Shown here one piece after another: positions 1-6,841 of a DNA stretch of 64,000 nt (positions are counted from its first letter, which is position 1; every line of letters starts with the position of its first letter). This stretch comes from Candidatus Aenigmatarchaeota archaeon (lineage in GTDB: Archaea > Aenigmatarchaeota > Aenigmatarchaeia > CG10238-14 > SpSt-28). Below the pieces are notes generated by a model that saw only the letters and a program-made list of their open reading frames with translations, had not been told where the DNA came from and did not search any database. The position numbers and the translations under genes were made by a program. The stretch is from positions 397,152-461,151 of the forward strand of contig JAWBNO010000001.1 in the NCBI GenBank assembly GCA_039000725.1, given 5' to 3'.

Positions 1-162
1 CTATTTCCAAGAACTGCAGCAGTAGTAATGAATCCTGTAGATCATCCATGGGGTGGTAAGAGAAAAAGACCAAGGCCTAGTAAAACAGTTAGTAGACATG
101 CTCCACCAGGTGCTAAAGTTGGAAGTATTTCTCCAAAAAGTAAAAAAATGCAACAAAGTTAG
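1..162 (+). CDS. rpl2: 50S ribosomal protein uL2, C-terminal fragment (5' partial)
   Basis: Hand translation of frame 1: [43 protein letters not shown]...*, which contains the uL2 MNPVDHPxGG and archaeal APPGxKVG motifs. Confidence 0.93.
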   Translation, partial: LFPRTAAVVMNPVDHPWGGKRKRPRPSKTVSRHAPPGAKVGSISPKSKKMQQS

Positions 163-208
163 ATTCTTATTAATTTGATTTTAATATTTATTTTATTAAA
201 ATACCTAA

Positions 209-280
209 GGGTCCGTAGTCTAACGGTTAGGACGCCGCCCTTACAAGGCGGAGGAGGCGGTTCAACTCCGCCCGGACCCA
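209..280 (+). tRNA. tRNA-Val(TAC), no intron, CCA not encoded
   Basis: Acceptor stem GGGTCCG/CGGACCC; anticodon arm CCGCC-CTTACAA-GGCGG; T-loop GGTTCAACTCC. Confidence 0.95.
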
Positions 281-715
281 CTACTCGAAAATTATTTCGT
301 TTTTATCCAACTTCTTTGACACTGATGGAGATGTACAATTTGTATATATTAAAACGAATAGAATATTAGAATTTGATGAAACATTAAAATAGCCAACAGT
401 ACCTTGATTTAAGCTAGGTATTACATTTTGCACATCTTGACTAGTACCATTTTCATAGACTATTTGAAAATTTACTTTCAACGGTATATTGCCAGTATTA
501 ACAATATATCCATATATATATCCGTCTTTGTACTTAACATCTCCATATGTGCTTATTCCTCCATAAGAACAAAGTAATTGTATTTCCGATTGTTGTTGAA
601 TGTTTTGACTTGATGTTCTAGTAAATCCAGTACCCCATGTGATTATAATTGCTGCTATAGCGATAGTAAATCCTATTAAAAGAATCTCTGCCACAAACGG
701 ACTTATACCTTTCAT
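281..715 (-). CDS. Archaeal type IV pilin-like protein
   Basis: Class III signal peptide MKG|ISPFVAEILLIGFTIAIAAII followed by a beta-rich domain with a Cys pair. Confidence 0.88.
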   Translation of the reverse strand: MKGISPFVAEILLIGFTIAIAAIIITWGTGFTRTSSQNIQQQSEIQLLCSYGGISTYGDVKYKDGYIYGYIVNTGNIPLKVNFQIVYENGTSQDVQNVIPSLNQGTVGYFNVSSNSNILFVLIYTNCTSPSVSKKLDKNEIIFE

Positions 716-1137
716 AACTTAACCTCAAGTGTCACACCAGGACAATCTGTGTAAAATGTGTATTTCAAAAATCCAGGTTCAATATTATCTAAAATAAAAC
801 TAGTAGAAGTTCCTGGATTTGATAAAGCTTCTACAGATCTTGTTATATAGTTCGTTGGATTAGGATAATAGAAGGTAACATTTAGAATCTTTAGTTTAAC
901 TGGACCAAGGTTATAAATACTTATAAAGAAAGTTTTACTCGTTTCATTATAGTACGAAAAATCAACTTTTAAACTACCAGAAGCCATTGAACATCTCCTA
1001 AATTGCTCCGTTTCTTCTTCACTTGGTAAACCGCCTCTAACAAAACTTGAACCCCAAAAAGCTAATATTCCAGCTAGTGTCATTGTTATGGCTATTAATA
1101 ATACAGTTGCAACCAACGGACTAATACCTTTTTTCAT
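712..1137 (-). CDS. Archaeal type IV pilin-like protein
   Basis: Class III signal peptide MKKG|ISPLVATVLLIAITMTLAGIL; 4-nt overlap with the next pilin gene. Confidence 0.9.
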   Translation of the reverse strand: MKKGISPLVATVLLIAITMTLAGILAFWGSSFVRGGLPSEEETEQFRRCSMASGSLKVDFSYYNETSKTFFISIYNLGPVKLKILNVTFYYPNPTNYITRSVEALSNPGTSTSFILDNIEPGFLKYTFYTDCPGVTLEVKL

Positions 1138-1167
1138 AAAAATCTTTATATTTTGTATAATAAAAAT

Positions 1168-1797
1168 TTAAAATCTCTTAAGATATTTCAGTCTTAGATT
1201 TAAAATCTCTAAATATTTCAGTTCTTTCAGATATAGATGTTCTTCTAAGATTTCGAAAGTTTTTTTCAATTTTTCTATAGCATCTAAATCACTTTCCTTA
1301 ATTTTTCCGTATTCTTTTAGTAAATTAGAGCTTTTTGGAATGAAAAAAGATTTTACTATTGGAATATCTTTGTTATTTTCGGCTATTTTATCTATTTCTC
1401 TTAAAACTGCATATAGGTGTTTACAAGCAATATAATCATTATGATACTTTAAGAATGGACAATCATGAGAGTAAGATTCTGGATATAAATATCCTTTCTT
1501 CTCTATATAAGAATACTTTATTTTAAAGTTATATTTCTCATCTTTTCCAGATGTATAAACTATGAAATCAAAGACAATATTATTTATTTTTTTACCTAAG
1601 AGATCAATTATGGAATGTAAAAAATCTTCTGAAATATTAAGAACTGCATTAACGTATGGTTTATATGGATAATACACAGCATCTAAGTATTTTCTTGGAT
1701 CAAATTTTTTATCTATATATATCCTATACTCTTTTGAAAATTCTTCTTGTTTCAAGTATAAGTAGTCCAAGTATTCTTTAAAGCTAGTTTTCGGCAT
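1168..1797 (-). CDS. Hypothetical protein with SWIM-like zinc finger
   Basis: YSHDCPF-x9-CKHLYAV resembles the SWIM CxC-xn-CxH motif with His as first ligand. Confidence 0.55.
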   Translation of the reverse strand: MPKTSFKEYLDYLYLKQEEFSKEYRIYIDKKFDPRKYLDAVYYPYKPYVNAVLNISEDFLHSIIDLLGKKINNIVFDFIVYTSGKDEKYNFKIKYSYIEKKGYLYPESYSHDCPFLKYHNDYIACKHLYAVLREIDKIAENNKDIPIVKSFFIPKSSNLLKEYGKIKESDLDAIEKLKKTFEILEEHLYLKELKYLEILNLRLKYLKRF

Positions 1798-1836
1798 ATG
1801 AAAAATTCCTACAGAAAAGTATTTATTGTTAATGTT

Positions 1837-1910
1837 TGGGCCTGGCGGGATTCGAACCCGCGACCAACCGGTTAAGAGCCGGCTGCTCTACCATGCTGAG
1901 CTACAGGCCC
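1837..1910 (-). tRNA. tRNA-Lys(CTT), no intron, CCA not encoded
   Basis: Reverse complement GGGCCTGTAGCTCAGCATGGTAGAGCAGCCGG-CTCTTAA-CCGGTTGGTCGCGGGTTCGAATCCCGCCAGGCCCA. Confidence 0.95.
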
Positions 1911-1945
1911 ATTCAATATATTTTAGGAAAACACCTAAAAAAGTT

Positions 1946-2308
1946 ATGAGATTAAAAGATAGATACTATCTAATTAGGCAATTGACTAATTTAATTGAAG
2001 AAATGAATAAAGATTTAGATTTTGTTATAGTCGAAGGGAAGAAAGATAAAAAAGTTCTAAACATTTTAGGATTTAAGAAAAAGATATTACTACTAAGTTC
2101 AAGATTGATACTAAAAGGAAAGTTTACTATTTTGACAGATTTTGATAAAGAGGGCAAAAGATTAGAAAAGATTTTGTTAGAAAAATATGGCGATAAGAAT
2201 TTTGTGAGAATATATAGAAAAAAGTTTTACGAGTTATTAGAAGAATATAATATCAAAGAAATTGGAGATTTGGAGAAATCTATAAAAGAAGTTTCTAATC
2301 TATTTTGA
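1946..2308 (+). CDS. Small stand-alone TOPRIM domain protein (RNase M5/primase-like)
   Basis: VIVEGKKD and LTDFDKEG TOPRIM motifs; start moved to ATG 1946 because the longer ORF overlaps tRNA-Lys. Confidence 0.8.
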   Translation: MRLKDRYYLIRQLTNLIEEMNKDLDFVIVEGKKDKKVLNILGFKKKILLLSSRLILKGKFTILTDFDKEGKRLEKILLEKYGDKNFVRIYRKKFYELLEEYNIKEIGDLEKSIKEVSNLF

Positions 2309-3911
2309 ATCTAGTTATAGCTCCTATACCACCCATACTTTTAAATTGTTTACCTTCTTCTGTGTCTTCAGAAACGATATTAATTTTGGCGCCAAGGCTT
2401 TCAGCTTTTTCTATAATTTCGTCGCTAATTTCACTTTCGTACTCTTTTTTCATCTCTTCCCCACAAATTTCACATAAAACTTTTTCATCTCTTTTCACAT
2501 ATTTTTCACTTTTGTGTCCATTTATACAAACAAAACCAGCCTTCAAATAATCAAAATCTTCTGATATAATAAGTTCATCAATAGCATTATATTCTAGCGC
2601 CTTTAACACTTTGTTTAAGCCAATAATGGCATTTTCTCCTCTCTTTAAAGCTAAAAACAGTTTATTTAAAATCGATTTTTCTTTAATTATTTCTGCTTGT
2701 TGTAATACATCTTCACTTCTTTTTACTAACTCTTCTAAGCCATATTCATCTGTATAGCCAACATCTTTTATTCCAAGAATTTTATTTTTTATTTGATAAT
2801 TCAAATAGTCCTCTTCTTTTAATCTTTCTTTAATCGGGCCAGGCCCACCAATTAAAACACCCAGAACATTTTCTTCAAGAAATATAGAAGATGCTACTTC
2901 TCCTACTTTAGTTAAAAACTCATTTATAGCGTCTTCTCTCAGTCTATCATATCTTCCTTGAGAATTATGTACTAATAGAAAATTGGCAAGATAATTTCCA
3001 TATGGCTCAACTTCTAGGTCATAAAAGAATACAGAAGCCTCTATTTCACTATCACTTATATTTTTAATTTTCTTTTCTATTAATTTTTCCTTCTCTAAAA
3101 CTAATACAGTATCTCCTTTGGCTAGATCTTCTACTCTTTTTTCTTTAATTTCACCATTTTCTTTAACAAATATAATATGATCGTAACTTGCAATTATGCT
3201 ATCTTTTTCGAAGAAAATTTTTTTAGCTTTATCAACGTGTCTTTTGAATACTTCTTTAACTTTCCCAATTTTAATAGAATTTTCTATAAAGTCGAAGCAA
3301 AGAACCTCGTCACCCTTTTTAATTTTGTTTATTGGAATTTTTTGGTAAGAAGAATTTATTATTTCTGTCGATCTATGTAAACACATACCACCTTTAACAG
3401 TTTTGCTTGGAACTGTTGACTCCAATCTCTTCCTAACAATAATTTTTTTACCTTTTAAAACTCCTATAGTAGCTTCTTTTGCATCCAAAACTATTAATCC
3501 ATAAACATCTTTTTCTTTAATCATATCTCTTAAAGGATCTAAGACAAAAACTTGATCACACCAATATATTTTTGTTTCAAGTTTTTCTGGAGGTTCTATA
3601 GACCAAAGTTTTATATCTTCTTTTCCTTCTACAGGAGATACATTTCCAGCAAATACAACTAATCCATTGGGCGGGGTTTGTTTAAATAATCTCAAATGTT
3701 GAATTATCTTTTCTAAAGCAGCTACAACATTCTTTCTAGTATTTTTACTCTTTATGTTCTCTGCAGTAGATCTTTCTTCAATAAGTTGATTTATTACTTC
3801 TATTAAATTATATCCCGCAGGAATATAAACAGAAACCAATTCAGTATGTCTTCCTTTAATTTTTTCTAGTTCTTTAATAAGTTTTTTAAGTTTAGTAGAG
3901 TTTTCGCTAAA
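2295..3911 (-). CDS. prf1: Peptide chain release factor aRF1 with mini-intein; 5' end lacks a canonical in-frame start
   Basis: KGRHTELVSVYIP, NIKS, YWCDQVF, GGPG and GGIGAITRF motifs; frame is open up to 3911 (TTT) with a TAA directly upstream. Confidence 0.93.
   Translation of the reverse strand, partial: FSENSTKLKKLIKELEKIKGRHTELVSVYIPAGYNLIEVINQLIEERSTAENIKSKNTRKNVVAALEKIIQHLRLFKQTPPNGLVVFAGNVSPVEGKEDIKLWSIEPPEKLETKIYWCDQVFVLDPLRDMIKEKDVYGLIVLDAKEATIGVLKGKKIIVRKRLESTVPSKTVKGGMCLHRSTEIINSSYQKIPINKIKKGDEVLCFDFIENSIKIGKVKEVFKRHVDKAKKIFFEKDSIIASYDHIIFVKENGEIKEKRVEDLAKGDTVLVLEKEKLIEKKIKNISDSEIEASVFFYDLEVEPYGNYLANFLLVHNSQGRYDRLREDAINEFLTKVGEVASSIFLEENVLGVLIGGPGPIKERLKEEDYLNYQIKNKILGIKDVGYTDEYGLEELVKRSEDVLQQAEIIKEKSILNKLFLALKRGENAIIGLNKVLKALEYNAIDELIISEDFDYLKAGFVCINGHKSEKYVKRDEKVLCEICGEEMKKEYESEISDEIIEKAESLGAKINIVSEDTEEGKQFKSMGGIGAITRFKID
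2964..3383 (-). mobile_element. Mini-intein (140 aa, no homing endonuclease) in aRF1
   Basis: Starts CLHRSTEI, block B-like ASYDHIIF, block F FYDLEV, ends LLVHN followed by Ser. Confidence 0.92.
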
Positions 3912-3931
3912 TTATATTCACCCTAAAATAT

Positions 3932-4261
3932 CTATTCTCTTATTATTTCAACAAAAGAAGGAGCAAGAATTAAATAACCGTCCTGAGTTCCAACAATATC
4001 TATTTTGTTTTGTTTACAATTTCTTTTTAGTTTTTCCAATAAAGTTTGCATATAGCCAAAATCCTTTTTTTGTAATTCTTGGGTTTTAACAATAACTATC
4101 ATTTGTCTAGCCAACCTAATTATTTTATCAACATCTTCACTTTTGTTTAATTTTTCTATTTTTATTTTGAGCTTTTCCTCTTCTTTTATTTCCTCTTCTG
4201 GTACTATTTCTATCTCTCCTTCACTTTCTTTTTTAGAAGGGAAAAAATCACTAAACGCCAT
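3932..4261 (-). CDS. sepF: Cell division protein SepF (archaeal type)
   Basis: Amphipathic N-terminus, acidic linker, core ending DIVGTQDGYLILAPSFVEI. Confidence 0.72.
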   Translation of the reverse strand: MAFSDFFPSKKESEGEIEIVPEEEIKEEEKLKIKIEKLNKSEDVDKIIRLARQMIVIVKTQELQKKDFGYMQTLLEKLKRNCKQNKIDIVGTQDGYLILAPSFVEIIRE

Positions 4262-4310
4262 GCATATTTTTTGTTTCTAAATATTTAAATGCCTATCCTT
4301 TAATTACAAT

Positions 4311-4979
4311 ATGGAAATTTTAGGGATAAACATATATTGGTTAGGTCATGCGTGTTTCAAAGTTGAAGGAAGAGTCACAGTCTATATAGATCCTTTTCAA
4401 ATAAAGTTTCCAAAAGAGAAAGATGGGGATATAGTTTTAATAACACACGATCATTTTGATCACTGTAGTATAGACGATATAAAAAAGATAATACACCCCC
4501 AAACTGTTATAATTGCAGCTAAAATGTGTAAAGGGAAAATAGACAATCTAAAAGGAAGTGTTAATACGATCATGTATTTTGAACCAGGTGATAGTATTAA
4601 TGTTAATGATGTTATAATAAAAGCTGTACCTTCTTATAATGTTAACAAATTTAGGTCTCCAGGTCAAGTTTTTCATCCAAAAGATTCTAAATATTTGGGA
4701 TTTATAATCGACATTAATGGAGTAAAAGTTTATCATGCCGGAGATACAGATTTAATTCAAGAAATGTGTGAATTTGGAAGAATAGATGTAGCAATTTTAC
4801 CTGTTAGTGGAGTATACGTAATGACAGTTGAAGAGGCAGTTGAGGCAGTAAAAATTTTAAAACCAAAATTTGCTATACCTATGCATTATGGTTCTATAGT
4901 AGGTAGCGAAAAAGACGCAGAAAAATTTAAGAGCTTGGCATCTCAATTTACTAGAGTAGAAATATTAAAAAAAGAATAA
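4311..4979 (+). CDS. Metallo-beta-lactamase fold hydrolase
   Basis: LGHACF, THDHFDH, YHAGDT and IPMHYG motifs. Confidence 0.9.
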   Translation: MEILGINIYWLGHACFKVEGRVTVYIDPFQIKFPKEKDGDIVLITHDHFDHCSIDDIKKIIHPQTVIIAAKMCKGKIDNLKGSVNTIMYFEPGDSINVNDVIIKAVPSYNVNKFRSPGQVFHPKDSKYLGFIIDINGVKVYHAGDTDLIQEMCEFGRIDVAILPVSGVYVMTVEEAVEAVKILKPKFAIPMHYGSIVGSEKDAEKFKSLASQFTRVEILKKE

Positions 4980-4996
4980 AAAAAGAAAATTTTATT

Positions 4997-5173
4997 TTAT
5001 ACATCGGCAGCTCTTAAAGTTTTTCTTCCGTTTGCTTCTGCTCTTTTAACAGCTTCTTTAACCATTTCTACGACTTTTTTGTTTAGTGCATCAAAGAATT
5101 CATCTGATATTCTTACATCTCCAGCAACTTCTCTTACTGCTGACTTAACTACTAAGTTTGCTTCTTTTGCCAT
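4997..5173 (-). CDS. Short histone-fold protein (58 aa, truncated alpha3 type)
   Basis: RISDEF...AVKRAEANGRKTLRAADV histone-fold motif; GGTGA SD 5 nt before ATG 5173. Confidence 0.85.
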   Translation of the reverse strand: MAKEANLVVKSAVREVAGDVRISDEFFDALNKKVVEMVKEAVKRAEANGRKTLRAADV

Positions 5174-5229
5174 CAAACTCACCCAATTTATTTTTGTTTA
5201 GAATATTTAAAAATAGGTTTTTAAAACGA

Positions 5230-6309
5230 TTAAGAAACATATTCAAAATTTAATTTTAGTTCACTTGCAATCTTATAAGCTTTTTCAATTTCGTTTTTAT
5301 TCAAAACTCTTGATATTTCTCTAAATTTTTCAATTTCATTTTTCACTAAATAATCTGGCCTATATTGTTTCATTACATTTACTAACGCATTTTTACAATT
5401 TTCGGAAATCCAAGTTAAAACTTTATTAGTACAACATTCAATATGATTAGGTAAAACAAGATGCCTTATAATAATTGGATCTTCATTTTCATACATCATT
5501 TTAATATTTCTACCTACAATTTCAAAGTAATTTTCAACTAAAGATAACCTTTTAGCACATTCATTATTTCCATATTTAAAATCAGGAAGCCAAATATCAA
5601 CTAAGTCTAAAAGAATTTTCATAGTTTCTATAGAAGCATAGGCATTACTATTCCATAGTATTGGTACATTAATATCTAGAAATTTCAAAGATTCTACTAT
5701 AGTATGCAAATGTTGATCAGGATTTCCACCAACAAAATTTATATTTCTAGCTCCTTCTTCTCTCAACCTTCTTTCAATTATTGATAGTTTTTTTGAATCT
5801 ACAATAAATCCATTTTCACTAAATTGACTTATTTCCCAATTTTGACAATATGCACACTTAAAATTACATCCACAAAAAAATATTGTTCCACTAGGTATCA
5901 AAGGAGTTTCTTCGCCTAAATGTAAAAAATAGGAAGAAACGTATGTTTTATTAAGAAGGTTGCAAAAACCTCTTTTTTCAAACCTATTTACTAAACATCT
6001 TCTTTCACACATTCTGCATGGGTTTAAAAGTCTTTTACTTAATTCTATTTTTAATTCTAAAAAGTTACATCCTTTTTTTGAAGTTTGTGAAAATTCTTTT
6101 ATTTCAATTTTACTTTCTTTTATATCTTTTAAGATTTTTTTAAATTCTTTTGAATACTTCTCATGCAATTTCCACAATTCTTTTTCTTCCAAATTTTTTA
6201 TTTCCTCTTCACTAACTTCAATATAAATATTTTTACAAATTAAAAATTTTGCAGGCTTTATGTTTTTATCAACTAAGTAATACCAACTTAATATTTCATC
6301 TATTTCCAT
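5230..6309 (-). CDS. Radical SAM protein, PflX-like family
   Basis: CRMCERRC, HLGEE, SGTIFFCGCNFKCAYCQNWEISQ, PDFKYGN and IIRHLVLP motifs. Confidence 0.88.
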   Translation of the reverse strand: MEIDEILSWYYLVDKNIKPAKFLICKNIYIEVSEEEIKNLEEKELWKLHEKYSKEFKKILKDIKESKIEIKEFSQTSKKGCNFLELKIELSKRLLNPCRMCERRCLVNRFEKRGFCNLLNKTYVSSYFLHLGEETPLIPSGTIFFCGCNFKCAYCQNWEISQFSENGFIVDSKKLSIIERRLREEGARNINFVGGNPDQHLHTIVESLKFLDINVPILWNSNAYASIETMKILLDLVDIWLPDFKYGNNECAKRLSLVENYFEIVGRNIKMMYENEDPIIIRHLVLPNHIECCTNKVLTWISENCKNALVNVMKQYRPDYLVKNEIEKFREISRVLNKNEIEKAYKIASELKLNFEYVS

Positions 6310-6310
6310 A

Positions 6311-6820
6311 TTATTTTTTAAAAGTCCATTCTTTTTCTTTTACCCCAGCCCTTTTGTTTTCAACTCGAGCTAATACAAACAAAAGGTCTGAAAGTCTGTT
6401 AAAGAATGGAATTAAATCTTTAACTTTAGCTTCAACACAAGCTCTTTCAACTCTTCTACAAATAGCTCTAGCTACTTGTAAAGCAGAAGAAGAATGAGTG
6501 CCGGTAGGATAAATAAAATGTTTTAAGGGTTCCAATTCATTCTCATATTTTTTTATTTCTTCTTCAATAAAGGTTGTATTTTCTTTTCCAAATTCAATAT
6601 TTTCTCCAAAAAGTTTAGCTCCAATAAGAAATATTTTATTTTGTATTTCTTCTAAAGTCTTATCAACATCTTCATTTTTTGTTAGAGACCTACATAAACC
6701 TATATAGCTGTTGAGTTCATCTATTTCGCCAATTAGTTTTATTATGGGAGCATTCTTTTCTATTTTTGTTCCTCTAAAACAGGTTAGTCCATCATCACCA
6801 TTTCCGAATTTAGACTTCAT
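6311..6820 (-). CDS. pduO: ATP:cob(I)alamin adenosyltransferase, PduO type
   Basis: GDDGLT, GEIDELNSYIG, ARAICRRVER and NRLSDLLFVLAR motifs. Confidence 0.92.
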   Translation of the reverse strand: MKSKFGNGDDGLTCFRGTKIEKNAPIIKLIGEIDELNSYIGLCRSLTKNEDVDKTLEEIQNKIFLIGAKLFGENIEFGKENTTFIEEEIKKYENELEPLKHFIYPTGTHSSSALQVARAICRRVERACVEAKVKDLIPFFNRLSDLLFVLARVENKRAGVKEKEWTFKK

Positions 6821-6841
6821 AATTTTACTAAATTTCTATAT

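Noticed and set aside
175-369. 64-aa ORF on the plus strand
   Set aside because: Runs through tRNA-Val and antisense to a pilin; the Gly/Pro run is just translated tRNA
1826-1945. N-terminal extension of the TOPRIM ORF
   Set aside because: It is the antisense of tRNA-Lys; the real start is probably 1946
2295-3911. Stop-codon reassignment suggested by the unusual aRF1
   Set aside because: TAA, TAG and TGA all terminate conserved genes at expected positions in this window and no suppressor tRNA is present
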